Part shown: positions 37,117 to 50,871 of the stretch, in pieces | Layout: every line of letters begins with the position of its first letter | Numbering within the stretch: the first letter of the stretch is position 1 | Notes under the pieces: model-generated | Told to the model about the DNA's origin: nothing | Databases searched by the model: none | What the model saw: the letters and a program-made list of their open reading frames with translations, nothing else | Position numbers and translations under genes: made by a program | Source of the DNA: Macrostomum lignano | Taxonomy: Eukaryota | Direction: 5' to 3' | NCBI GenBank assembly: GCA_002269645.1 | Contig: NIVC01001876.1 | Coordinates: 119,118-183,117, forward strand | DNA length: 64,000 nt

Positions 37117-37509
37117 GACACTGATAATAGATTCTGCAATAATTTTACAATTATCAACTTAACTTAATCCGTGTCAAGGTTTTATTCTCTCTATATTCCA
37201 ATGATCCCTGACTCAAAAAATGCTCTTGATTTTGTAGTCGTTTTGTAAAATTAATTCATTGCAATCAGGCCGCTACAAGTATTGCTGACAATTTCCGAAG
37301 AGAATAATGTTCCATGTCTGTTCCATGATTCTATATTTTTATTCTACAATCGCATCCCATCTTGCCTAGTTTCCGTGTTTGAATATTAAAATACAAATTT
37401 ATGTATGGCTATCATTCGGTGATTACGTGATAATGTGTTGATTCTAGTGAATTTGATTATTTGTGATTGGATTCTTCTAAATTATTTATTAATCCTTTCT
37501 GATTCAACT

Positions 37510-37890
37510 TTGAGTGACCATGTCATCCCGGTTGCACTTTTACAGAGTGACAATGCTATTTTGGTTGCAGTTTCAATGAGTGACAATCCCATTCCGGTTG
37601 CAGTTTTCAGGAGTGACAATCCCATTCTGGTTGCAGTTTTAATGAGTGACAATGCCATTCTGGTTGCAGTTTTCAGGAGTGACAATCCCATTCCGGTTGC
37701 AGTTTTAAGGAGTGACAATCCCATTCCGGTTGCAGTTTTCAGGAGTGACAATCCCATTCCGGTTGCAGTTTTCAGGAGTGACAATCCCATTCTGCTTGCA
37801 GTTTTAAGGAGTGACAATGCCATTCTGGTTGCAGTTTTAATGAGTGACAATGCCATTCTGGTTGCAGTTTTCAGGAGTGACAATGCCAAT
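37510..37890. repeat. 33-bp minisatellite (GAGTGACAATCCCATTCCGGTTGCAGTTTTCAG)
   Basis: About 11 units downstream of CABLES. Confidence 0.93.
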
Positions 37891-38394
37891 GATTTTAAGG
37901 ATTAACACTGCTGTTCAAGTACTTGAAATGCTTAGAGATTAATAATTAATTAGATAATTTAATTTTCATCTTTCAAGATACGATCGTATGTGGCGTGATT
38001 TCATTTCAACAATTTTTCTTATATCGAGTTTTTTGACCGTCCCATTACAAAGAATAATCAACTGTATTAGTGATTACTTAACCATTTTATTATCCATGGA
38101 TGAAGTAGAAAAGCAATTTCATAATTACTGTGTGACCCACATTTGCTTTTCCTAAGCAGCTTGTCACGTGAACTGTCGGGGAGCCCATTTGCAATTTAGC
38201 CGCCCCCTGTAAAAAGCCTGTTCAAATTACCGGATAGTATAGAATAAGGGTGCACCGATGCTTGAGTGAAAAACACAATTCAACAAAAAATAAGGGTCTT
38301 TTAGGAAAATAAGGGATATACGTAATTACCCACGCCTCCGAAAGCATTTCTGTTTATCATTTACCTGCGTCTTAAAGAAAGAATCACCCTCGAA

Positions 38395-38960
38395 CTTCGA
38401 GGAATCGCCCTTCAAACTTATTGAGGAATCGCCCTCAGACTCTTAGGAATCGCCCTCAGGCTCTGAGGAATCGCCCTTCAAACTTATTGAGGAATCGCCC
38501 TCAGACTCTTAGGAATCGCCCTCAGGCTCTGAGGAATCGCCTTCAAACTTATTGAGGAATCGCCCTCAGACTCTGTGGAATCACCTTCAAACTCTGAGGA
38601 ATCGCCCTCAGACTTTGTGGAATCGCCCTCAATCTCTGAGGAATCGCCCTCAACTCTTAGAAATCGCCCTCACACTCGGAGGAATCGCCCTCAAACTCTG
38701 AGGAATCGCCCTCAGACTTTGTGGAATCGCCCTCAATCTCTGAGGAATCGCCCTCAACTCTTAGAAATCGCCCTCACACTCGGAGGAATCGCCCTCAAAC
38801 TCTGAGGAATCGCCCTCAAACTCCAAGGAATCGCTCTCAAACTCTAAAGAATCGCCCTCAAACTCTGAGGAATCGCCCTCAAACTCCAAGGAATCGCTCT
38901 CAAACTCTGAGGAATCGCCCTCAAACTCTGAGAAATCGCCTTCAACTTATTTCAGGAATC
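38395..38960. repeat. 21-bp minisatellite (GAGGAATCGCCCTCAAACTCT)
   Basis: About 26 units. Confidence 0.93.
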
Positions 38961-40174
38961 GCTGCAAGCTCCTTAGCCCTCAAAGAAATTTTTAATTGTC
39001 GCACTTTAACCCAATAGTTGCTGTTATAATACTTAAGGAATCTTCGAAAAGTTTTTTGATCATTGCTTAATCCGCTCGTAACCTTCGATGAAATTTTTGA
39101 AACTTCTTCCCGAATCAAAAAGAATCTTCCTTAGTCCACTCGATCCAATGTCCCCCGACTAATTTACCGAGAACGGGCCTCTCTCCAAGAGACGCATCCT
39201 TTTCATAGCAGCCCATAGCAGCTAAAATAATGTCATTTCTTGCGTGAATGAGCGCGGATTAATTTAAAGAAGCATGAGACATAGTTGGATTGTAAGAAGT
39301 CTCGCACAAATTGGACTCGGCTCAGTTCTTATGCTGCGGAATTTAGTTGGGTTCTATGCTGCCTGATTTGGTCGTAAACAAAATTTTCTTTACTTTTGTA
39401 CTATTCTGCTTTGCTGTCTTGCGCGTAGCTTAATTTCTATATTCACACAGTAATTCTATCAGCTCTTGTGTACTCAAATGATTCCCATTGATTCCGTATT
39501 TAATAAATATATAGTTGTACAAAATAGGTATTAGTAAGGTATATTAAGAAGAACTTATAAAGTACAAGCCTAAACGTTTTTCTTGAGCGCCCATGAACAC
39601 TTAAAAACATGTTTGAATCAAGGACCACTAAAGCAACGTATATACAGGACGCGACACTCACGTTTCGTGGAAAAAGTTTTGAATAGGAAGTTTTCGTTTT
39701 TTCAGCACAAAAAATGTTATTGCTTTCGATGGGAGGCAGACCCAATGTTCATCTTTTCATATGTTGTGCTTTGTGCCTTTCTTATAGCTCTATTGATATC
39801 CATAAAGCTTTTCGCTCAGAAAATTAGGATTCTATGTTAATTTTTTGTCTACGTACATTACCTGTACCTGAAATCATAAAAATGCATGGCACGGCTCGAA
39901 TCTTGGATTTTATGAATCTATTTTATCATCTCCGTTACACATGTTACACAGTCAGCTAAAAATGACAAAATGGATTCATAAAAAAGTACTCCTTGGTTTG
40001 AATTTTCCACGCCGAAACCATGCAATGCTCAACTTTCCTCAGATCTCAGCCCCAAGTGTTGCAATTCACAGCACGCCTCGGTTTTCGTCTCGGGGGGGGG
40101 GGCGGTTCATATCTCCACTGGGTTAGGCGTTGAGCTGCTTTCTAACGTCTGTTTTATCTGGACAGACCGACTTC

Positions 40175-40200
40175 TGTCTATCTATCTATCTATCTATCTG

Positions 40201-40233
<33 letters not shown>

Positions 40234-40256
40234 GTATCTATCTATCTATCTATCTG

Positions 40257-40311
<55 letters not shown>

Positions 40312-40312
40312 G

Positions 40313-40347
<35 letters not shown>

Positions 40348-40372
40348 GTCTATCTATCTATCTATCTATCTG

Positions 40373-40419
<47 letters not shown>

Positions 40420-40420
40420 G

Positions 40421-40483
<63 letters not shown>

Positions 40484-40500
40484 GTCTATCTATCTATCTG

Positions 40501-40541
<41 letters not shown>

Positions 40542-40552
40542 TTATCTATCTG

Positions 40553-40597
<45 letters not shown>

Positions 40598-40624
40598 GTA
40601 TCTATCTATCTATCTATCTATCTG

Positions 40625-40675
<51 letters not shown>

Positions 40676-40676
40676 G

Positions 40677-40727
<51 letters not shown>

Positions 40728-40728
40728 G

Positions 40729-40811
<83 letters not shown>

Positions 40812-40812
40812 G

Positions 40813-40847
<35 letters not shown>

Positions 40848-40848
40848 G

Positions 40849-40895
<47 letters not shown>

Positions 40896-40896
40896 G

Positions 40897-40931
<35 letters not shown>

Positions 40932-40932
40932 G

Positions 40933-40974
<42 letters not shown>

Positions 40975-40975
40975 C

Positions 40976-41019
<44 letters not shown>

Positions 41020-41020
41020 G

Positions 41021-41063
<43 letters not shown>

Positions 41064-41080
41064 GTCTATCTATCTATCTG

Positions 41081-41147
<67 letters not shown>

Positions 41148-41151
41148 GTCC

Positions 41152-41185
<34 letters not shown>

Positions 41186-41212
41186 GTATCTATCTATCTA
41201 TCTATCTATCTG

Positions 41213-41275
<63 letters not shown>

Positions 41276-41292
41276 GTCTATCTATCTATCTG

Positions 41293-41335
<43 letters not shown>

Positions 41336-41336
41336 G

Positions 41337-41435
<99 letters not shown>

Positions 41436-41436
41436 G

Positions 41437-41467
<31 letters not shown>

Positions 41468-41468
41468 G

Positions 41469-41518
<50 letters not shown>

Positions 41519-41543
41519 CATCTATCTATCTATCTATCTATCC

Positions 41544-41594
<51 letters not shown>

Positions 41595-41656
41595 GATCGA
41601 TCTATCTATCTATCTATCTATTTTATCCATCTATCTATCTATCTATCTATCTATCC

Positions 41657-41711
<55 letters not shown>

Positions 41712-41741
41712 GATCGATCTATCTGACCTATTAATCTATCC

Positions 41742-41809
<68 letters not shown>

Positions 41810-41826
41810 GTCTATCTATCTATCTG

Positions 41827-41877
<51 letters not shown>

Positions 41878-41878
41878 G

Positions 41879-41973
<95 letters not shown>

Positions 41974-41974
41974 G

Positions 41975-42005
<31 letters not shown>

Positions 42006-42006
42006 G

Positions 42007-42056
<50 letters not shown>

Positions 42057-42081
42057 CATCTATCTATCTATCTATCTATCC

Positions 42082-42132
<51 letters not shown>

Positions 42133-42194
42133 GATCGATCTATCTATCTATCTATCTATTTTATCCATCTATCTATCTATCTATCTATCTATCC

Positions 42195-42249
<55 letters not shown>

Positions 42250-42279
42250 GATCGATCTATCTGACCTATTAATCTATCC

Positions 42280-42321
<42 letters not shown>

Positions 42322-42368
42322 TTATCTATCGATCGATCGATCGATCTATCTGACCTAATAATCTATCC

Positions 42369-42416
<48 letters not shown>

Positions 42417-42457
42417 GTCTATCTATCTATCTATCTATCTGACCTAATAATCTATCC

Positions 42458-42505
<48 letters not shown>

Positions 42506-42549
42506 GTCTATCTATCTATCTATCTATCTGACCTAATAATCTATCTATC
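40175..42549. repeat. ~2.4-kb (TATC)n / (GATA)n satellite
   Basis: Continuous TATC with TGTC, TATG, TCCA and TCGA variants. Confidence 0.98.
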
Positions 42550-44213
42550 CTCAAATATCAACAGGCCTGAAGTGGTACTAAACACTGAAGCCTTGAAAAT
42601 ACACTGGTAAAATGCTTTTCGCCTGCCAACTGCATGAGTTTCCCTAAGAACAAACCGCATGCTCCTCCCTAAAGTGCACACAGATTTGCGTTTTTTGCGG
42701 TCTCATACTTCGTATTTAATGATGTAGCTGGAAGTTTTTGACACTTCGATCAGTTGGGCCGACATTAATCACGAGCGCTGCCTCATTTGCATAAGAAAAC
42801 ACAGCTCGACTGTTATATAAGATTCTGCTTTGCACTGAGCACTCAGTGAGCAAAGCTTCTGGTTGCCTTATTTGTTGCAATTTGAGGATAAATTTAGCCT
42901 ACATTTTATATCTCAGTGGACCGATAAACATGCTTTTGAGCTATGGAGAGGCGCCTTGGGGTTAATCTCGGATTTAGGACAATTGTACAAGCTTATAGAT
43001 CTAATCAGAGTATGAAAATACAGGTATTTTATAGCCTTCTTGAATCTCTTAATCTGAATAGGCGGGATCTTATCATATCAGAGAGCATTGTTAGTATAGT
43101 TGTTTACCAGATTCTGCGACGGGATTAGCCAAATTCGATAACAACCCGAATGACCTTCTTTTCTACCTATCTATCTATCTATCTATCTCAAAACTCAGCT
43201 AAAAACTGTTGGTAAGAATTGACTTAAACCCTGCTGTGAATCATTCGTGCAAATTTAATTATATTAAGCATTTATTTTTCTATTTGAATTGTTACAAAAG
43301 TTACAAATTACGCAAATTAATGATAATTAAAAAAACAAAGTCGACAGAAAGCCGAGCCTCAATAGGACTTTTTTACACAAACATGGCTACACATTGCACG
43401 AAGAACTATTAGATAAAATCTATACCTACAAAGGGAACTTGCATGTGTATCGCAGTCTGATAGATCAGTACAAAGCGAGTAATAACAGACGTCACTAACG
43501 TCGATCAGATAGCGTCACGAAACATGGATAAAATAGCATTGAAAACATCAATCACAACCAGGTAGGTACTAAAAGTCCACAATACTGGAATAAATATTGA
43601 TCGAAAACAGACATAATTTCATCGTGTTTACCCAGCTGACCAGAATCCAGGTCAAAACTTTAGGCTGTGCAATTGACACGCAAAATTCAATAGCATCATG
43701 GATTCTTCAATTAGAATCATCGGGATTAATAAATAAGCTAGCTATTATCGGTGACTAGAATCTTGTGTCAGGACAAAGACAATTTAAATAAATAATTGTT
43801 AGTGGGCGAATATAAGTGTAAATAGTGGTACGTTAGTTAAAACACGCAGAAAAGTTAGTAGGGTAGCACATTACGAGCTATACAAGCGCGCCAATACTGT
43901 ACGCAGGCGCACGCACTCATACAGGGCGTACAGCGGCTCCAACTTTCTAAGTCGGTGAGGCATGTACGAGGCATGTAAATGTAAGCCCCAAATGAACGTT
44001 GCCCGCGCACGCAATCGAACCCTTACAGGAGTCGTGGCGCGACCTTTAAAATCATCAAAATTAAAACTTCTTTTTTTGACGCTCCTCTGACTCTAAACTA
44101 AAGTACAAAACTAGCTGTGGTCTTTTGTAAACATGTCGAGATTTTCCGTGGTACATGCGAGTACATATAGTTTCCAGTTTATGGTGTGCCCACAACATAC
44201 TGGCAGTCGCAAT

Positions 44214-47200
44214 TCACTTGGTCTCAGCCGACAGTCGCTGGGCGCTGAATGGATCGTCGCAGTTGAGATTTCTCGACGTCGGCGAGCCACCGCCGTGAGA
44301 TTCCAACGTCTCGTTGAGCTGTTGAGGAAGCGGCCTGTGCGGATGCCGCTGGTGGTAATGGCAGTTGTGGTGTTGCCGGCGCCAGCTGCAAGTTGTTGGC
44401 TCTTTGCTGCTGTCGCTGTTGCTGTTACTTCTACCGGCGCTATTGTTGCTGCCTTGCTGCCTGTTGTTGTGATGGTTGTTGTTGTTGTTGTTGTTGGCAT
44501 TGTTGTTGGCATTGTTGCTGATTGAAGCCTGGGCGTCCTGCTGCTGCTGGTGGTGGTTTCGTGGCATCGAGTGCAGTCGCAGAGCTTCGCCAACGTTGGC
44601 GGCGGCTCCGCCTCGGTAAGCTTCGTCGCGATGTCGCGCTGGCGTCACAAGACGTCGCATTACCGCATTACCGTTCCGCCTCGCCGATGCGCTGGCCGTT
44701 GGACTTCGCCGAATCAATCGAAGCATGACGTTGCTGAAAGCGCGCCGAAATTTAAGCGACATCAAATTGTAAAGAATCGGGTTGGCTATGGAGGAGCCGA
44801 AGAATAGCGGGCCGGAGATGTGAAAAAGGGCCTGCTGGATCTTCGTGATGGCGCAGTCGTGGCAGAACGCCTCCTTGGGGACGGCCTCCGCCAGAATGCG
44901 AGACAGGTGGAACGGTGCATAGCATAGGAAGAAGGCCAGCACAATGCCAACTGCAATGGTGGATGCATGGGGTAATTGTTGTGAAGAAACTGAGAATGGT
45001 CATTTTTTTAATGGAGAATAGTCATTTAGGATCGTGTGATGAATTCATGAACAATCGCGTGAGTTTTCATGTAGAATCGTGTGAGTGTTCAGGTAGGTGA
45101 ATGATCAAGTAGAAACCTGTGAATGGTCAAGTAGAAACCTGTGAATGGTCAGGTAAAATCGTGTGAATGTTCAGGTAAGATCATGTGAATAGTCAGGTAG
45201 AATCTTATAATGCTCGTGTAGCATCGTATGAAAGGTCAGGTAAGATCGTGTGAATGGTCAGGTAGAGTCGTGTGAATGGTCAGGTAGAATCGTGTGAATC
45301 GTCGGGTAGAATCGTGTGAATCGTCGGGTAGAATCGTGTGAATCGTCGGGTAGAATCGTGTGAATCGTCGGGTAGAATCGTGTGAATGGTCGGGTAGAAT
45401 CGTGTTAATGGTCGGGTAGAATCGTGTGAATGGTTGGATAGAATCGTGTGAATGGTCGGGTAGAATCGTGTGAATGGTCAGGTAGAATCATGTGAATGGT
45501 CGGGGAAAATTGTGTGAATGGTCAGGTAGAATCTTGTGAATGGTCGGGTAGAATCTTGTGAATTGTCAAGCAGAATCGTGTGAATGCTCAGGTATAATTT
45601 TTTTGTATGCTCATATGAGATCGTGTGAGTATTCATTTTAGAATCGTGACAAGTTTGTGACCCATTTTGAGCAGTTTCTTCGCACTTTTTTATTCATTTA
45701 TCCGCTCATTTATTATTTTAGTGTTATTAATAATTATTTATTATATTTTTTCAAGCAGAGAATGCATCTGATTTTTAAATCCCTCCTATCTCCAAAAAAT
45801 CCAAGAGCTGATTAATTGGATTTGCGAGCAACGGAATTCAGCTATAACAAAAACCATGGTTACCACGCAACATAACAAAATATCTAAAGGAAGCTCTCAC
45901 AAGCCTAATGAACAAGCATTCAATCTAGGATTGGGACTTTTAACAACAAACTCGCAAGGCAGGTCGAGTGGGCTGTTAAGTGCCCGCCAGCTTCATCAGG
46001 CGCAATTGAGTTTCCACCGAGTCATCCCTTACTTCCTTCCGAGATTAGAAGCTCCCATAATGTACAGCTATGTGCTCAAGGATGCTTCTGCATGGAAACT
46101 GTTTGCCAATAGTTATTGTAAACGACTTTTTTGAATTATGCACTTTTAACGTTCGGGTTTGCTCACAACCGCAAAAAACGCAAATTATAGTGTGTTCTTT
46201 TCCCAAGTTCTCCAAACAACGTATGCATGCAAATGCATTGAACTTGGGCGAGAAAAGACGTATAAAGTGAAACCCACTGACCATGGAATCTCAGCAACCG
46301 CCATTGAGACTTGGAATCTCAGCAACCCACATTGAGACTTGGAATCTCAGCAACCCACATTGAGACTTGGAATCTCAGCAACCGCCATTGAGACTTGGAA
46401 TCTCAGCAACCCACATTGAGACTTGGAATCTCAGCAACCTCCATTGAGACTTGGAATCTCAGCAACCTCCATTGAGACTTGGAATCTCAGCAAACCTCCA
46501 TTGAGACTTGGAATCTCAGCAACCCCCATTGAGACTTGGAATCTCAGCAACCTCCATTAAGACTTGGAATCTCAGCAACCCCCATTGAGACTTGGAATCT
46601 CAGCAACCCACATTGAGACTTGGAATCTCAGCAACCCACCCCCTTTGAGACTTGGAATCTCTGCAACCCACATTGAGACTTGGAATCTCAGCAACCCACC
46701 CCCTTTGAGACTTGGAATCTCAGCAACCTCCATTGAGACTTGGAATCTCAGCAACCCACATTGAGACTTGGAATCTCAGCAACCCACCCCCTTTGAGAAT
46801 TGGAATCTCAGCAACCCCCATTGAGACTTGGAATCTCAGCAACCTCCATTGAGACTTGGAATCTCAGCAACCTCCATTAAGACTTGGAATCTCAGCAACC
46901 CCCATTGAGACTTGGAATCTCAGCAAACCCCATTGAGACTTGGAATCTCAGCAACCTCCATTGAGACTTGGAATCTCAGCAACCTCCATTGAGACTTGGA
47001 ATCTCAGCAACCTCCATTGAGACTTGGAATCTCAGCAAACCCCATTGAGACTTGGAATCTCAGCAACCTCCATTGAGACTTGGAATCTCAGCAACCTCCA
47101 TTGAGACTTGGAATCTCAGCAACCTCCATTGAGACTTGGAATCTCAGCAACCTCCATTGAGACTTGGAATCTCAGCAAACCTCCATTAAGACTTGGAATC

Positions 47201-50200
47201 TCAGCAACCCCCATTGAGACTTGGAATCTCAGCAAACCCCATTGAGACTTGGAATCTCAGCAACCTCCATTGAGACTTGGAATCTCAGCAACCTCCATTG
47301 AGACTTGGAATCTTAGCAAACCCCATTGAGACTTGGAATCTCAGCAACCTCCATTGAGACTTGGAATCTCAGCAAACCCCATTGAGACTTGGAATCTCAG
47401 CAACCCACATTGAGACTTGGAATCTCAGCAACCTCCATTAAGACTTGGAATCTCAGCAACCTCCATTGAGACTTGGAATCTCAGCAAGCCCCATTGAGAC
47501 TTAGAATCTTAGCAACCACCTCTATAACCTTGTCTTCAATCAATGCCAGGTTTTATACTTTCGAATATCCGTGTCTTGTACGGTTATCCGCCCAGATAGT
47601 ACAAGTACTTTCTGGTCTCCCCGGACATTGAAAGAGCTTTCTGATCTCTCCCGGAGATATCTCTAAGCTGCTTTACGTTCTTTGGGGTACTTTCAGTCTC
47701 CCCCCGGGAGTCACTGTTATGTCTTGCGTTGTCCGCAACTGGAGATCGCAAAGCAGAGTCAAATTTGTCTTGCGATCTCCGGCCGGAGACTGCAAACGCA
47801 CGGAGCTTGCAAAGCCCAACAGGGACTGTAAAAAACGCCCCAAAAAGCGCTCACCGAGCAGTTTCAGCAGAGTTTTTCGACCCCGCGCCTTCTGCACCGC
47901 CCGCTGCTCGTCGCTGGTGTGACTGTGCACCGAGCCGGCCGAGCTCTTCCTCGCTGCCGGATTCAACGAACGATGCACCGCAGTGCCAATTCGAACGTAC
48001 ATGGCAGCCATGAGCATCATTGGGCAGACGAACAGCAGCAGAGACGAAGCCAGAAACGAATACGGAATCCGTCGAGTCTTGGTCACCTCGCAGATTCGAG
48101 ACTCGATCAGCACTCGGCCCTGACTGCCGGTGCTTGAGTCGTTTCGAATTAGAACTTCGAATCCCAGCTGGGAGCTCATCACGCCAGACAGGCAGGCCGA
48201 CAGAATCCACGAGGCTGCGATGGCTTTCACGGCACGGCTGAGGCCCAGGCCGCGACGGATCTGGGCGAGATGTTGATGTTAGTAGTTAGTGCTGTTAGTT
48301 GATGTCAGGCGTGGTGAAATCACTGGACTCGATCGGTTCTTGGAAAACTACATTTTCAAAGCATTCGTTACCAGGTAGAAAAGTTATAAAAGATCATACA
48401 CATTCATTTTATATCTGTGCCTGATAAACTCAAGGTCTTTCATTGCTATTTGTTAGGTTTTTTCGAGAAAATACGCTTTTAAAAAGTACGCATTTACGTT
48501 TATTGATTAAAATCGTTAATGAATCTGAATTTATAAACGTTTGCGCGCAGAAATGCTGTTTAATCTCCTGTTAATCCCAAATCCCAAATCAAGACATCCC
48601 TTTCTGACAAGATCCACATAGGCCTCTGCTGGCTTCCCTTACTAAAATTTTTAATTAGTTGGACTGATTTTTATGAAGATATGAGCGTAGAACTCAATGC
48701 ACGCAAAAATTAAGGTGATTAGCATTCTATATTAATTAGGAAATATGGATAGATCAATTTAATTCGGGATTACGATACCGTCTGAGCCAGCTCTCCAGCT
48801 CGCTGTCTGGTTTGAAGTATTTTTTTCAATAGTTTTTCTTGTTTAAATTAGGCCATGAATAAATTCGTGTACTCATGTATATTAAATTTCCTTCAGTAGC
48901 ATTTATGATAATTAAAAATTTCCCATTTTGCTGTTTAACTGTCAGACAGGCAGGTGTTTCATCGTTTAAGTAAAATACCGCTTCCAAGAAGCATCACCTC
49001 CCAGCCCCGCTTCCAAGAAGCATCACCTCCCAGCAGCACCGCTTCCAGGAAGCATCACCTCCCAGCCCCGCTTCCAAGAAGCATCACCTCCCAGCAGCAC
49101 CGCTTCCAGGAAGCATCACCTCCCAACAGCACCGCTTCCAGGAAGCATCACCTCCCAGCAGCACCGCTTCCAGGAAGCATCACCTCCCAGCCCCGCTTCC
49201 AAGAAGCATCACCTCCCAGCAGTACCGCTTCCAAGAAGCATCACCTCCTAGCAGCATCGCTTTCAAGGAGCATCACCTCCCAGCAGCATCGCTTTCAAGG
49301 AGCATCACCTCTCAGCAGCATCGCTTTCAAGGAGCATCACCTCCCAGCAGCACCGCTTTCAGGAAGCATCACCTCCCAGCAGCACCGCTTCCAGTAAGCA
49401 TCACCTCCCAGCAGTACCGCTTCCAGGAAGCATCACCTCCCAGCAGTACCGCTTCCAGGAAGCATCACCTCCCAGCAGCACCGCTTCCAGGAAGCATCAC
49501 CTCCCAGCAGTACCGCTTCCAGGAAGCATCACCTCCCAGCAGTACCGCTTCCAGGAAGCATCACCTCCCAGCAGTACCGCTTCCAGGAAGCATCACCTCC
49601 CAGCAGCACCGCTTCCAGGAAGCATCACCTCCCAGCAGTACCGCTTCCAGGAAGCATCACCTCCCAGCAGTACCGCTTCCAGGAAGCATCACCTCCCAGC
49701 AGTACCGCTTCCAAGAAGCATCACCTCCCAGCAGTACCGCTTCCAAGAAGCATCACCTCCTAGCAGCATCGCTTTCAAGGAGCATCACCTCCCAGCAGCA
49801 TCGCTTTCAAGGAGCATCACCTCTCAGCAGCATCGCTTTCAAGGAGCATCACCTCCCAGCAGCACCGCTTTCAGGAAGCATCACCTCCCAGCAGCACCGC
49901 TTCCAGTAAGCATCACCTCCCAGCAGTACCGCTTCCAAGAAGCATCACCTCCCAGCAGTACCGCTTCCAGGAAGCATCACCTCCCAGCAGCACCGCTTCC
50001 AGGAAGCATCACCTCCCAGCAGTACCGCTTCCAGGAAGCATCACCTCCCAGCAGTACCGCTTCCAAGAAGCATCACCTCCCAGCAGTACCGCTTCCAGGA
50101 AGCATCACCTCCCAGCAGCACCGCTTCCAGGAAGCATCACCTCCCAGCAGTACCGCTTCCAAGAAGCATCACCTCCCAGCAGCACCGCTTCCAGGAAGCA

Positions 50201-50871
50201 TCACCTCCCAGCAGCACCGCTTCCAAGAAGCATCACCTCCCAGCAGTACCGCTTCCAAGAAGCATCACCTCCCAGCAGCACCGCTTCCAAGAAGCATCAC
50301 CTCCCAGCAGTACCGCTTCCAAGAAGCATCACCTCCTAGCAGCATCGCTTTCAAGGAGCATCACCTCCCAGCAACTGCAACCCAAGGAAACATCGGCTCC
50401 CGGTAGTTCCAACCCAATGAAATGTCACAATTTGAGAAGACACACCTGCATCGGGCGGCAGATGGCGCAGTATCTCTCCACAGTCAGAGCAGTGACAGTC
50501 AGGGCCGAACAGTAGGTGCACATCTCGGATAGAAAACCGGACCCAACGCACAGGAGCTGACTGTCAGGAAACGGATATCGTCTCCAGTGTGTGAGCAGAT
50601 CGAAGGGCAGTCGCGACCAAAGCACCACTAAGTCGGACACGCTCAAATTGAACAGATAAAAATTAGTAGCAGTTCGCATGAACTGCGTGCGCGCAATCAC
50701 TACGCAGGTGATTAAATTTCCAACGCAGCCGATAAAGAATATGCAGGCTAAAGCCACGGTTAGAGCAGTTAATTGGCCAACACTGTAAGTGGCAGCTTGG
50801 CCCCACTGATCTTCGATGCACTGTGCATCAGTGGTGTTTAAATCGCATTCCACAACGTGATAGGTTGTCAT
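44214..50871 (-). CDS. Rhodopsin-family neuropeptide GPCR, neuromedin-U/pyrokinin(capa)-receptor-like; exons 50871-50446, 48260-47855, 44950-44214
   Basis: TM1-3 read GNLITCVVIARTQFMRTATNFYLFNLSVSD...SEMCTYCSALTVTALTVERYCAICRP, the PRXamide/NMU-receptor-type signature. TM4-5 read RAVKAIAASW and LLLFVCPMMLMAAMYVRIG. TM6-7 read AFFLCYAPFH and NPILYNLMSLKFRRAF. Splice phases (0, 1) fit. Confidence 0.9.
45070..45630. repeat. 22-bp minisatellite (GGTAGAATCGTGTGAATGGTCG) in GPCR intron 2
   Basis: About 24 units. Confidence 0.93.
46280..47515. repeat. 28-bp minisatellite (CCATTGAGACTTGGAATCTCAGCAACCT) in GPCR intron 2
   Basis: About 43 units. Each unit holds the inverted pair TGAGA...TCTCA. Confidence 0.96.
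48975..50375. repeat. 32-bp minisatellite (GCATCACCTCCCAGCAGTACCGCTTCCAGGAA) in GPCR intron 1
   Basis: About 44 units. Confidence 0.96.

Noticed and set aside
40130-41734. Long ORFs (534 aa, 376 aa) of LSIY repeats, and similar long ORFs in other arrays (28218-29025, 29542-30696, 33677-34258, 35758-36907)
   Set aside because: These are translation artefacts of stop-free tandem repeats inside introns or intergenic DNA.
46280-50375. CRISPR-like regularly repeated 28-32-bp units with internal dyads
   Set aside because: The units are contiguous with no unique spacers, lie in spliceosomal introns and have no cas genes nearby. They are minisatellites.
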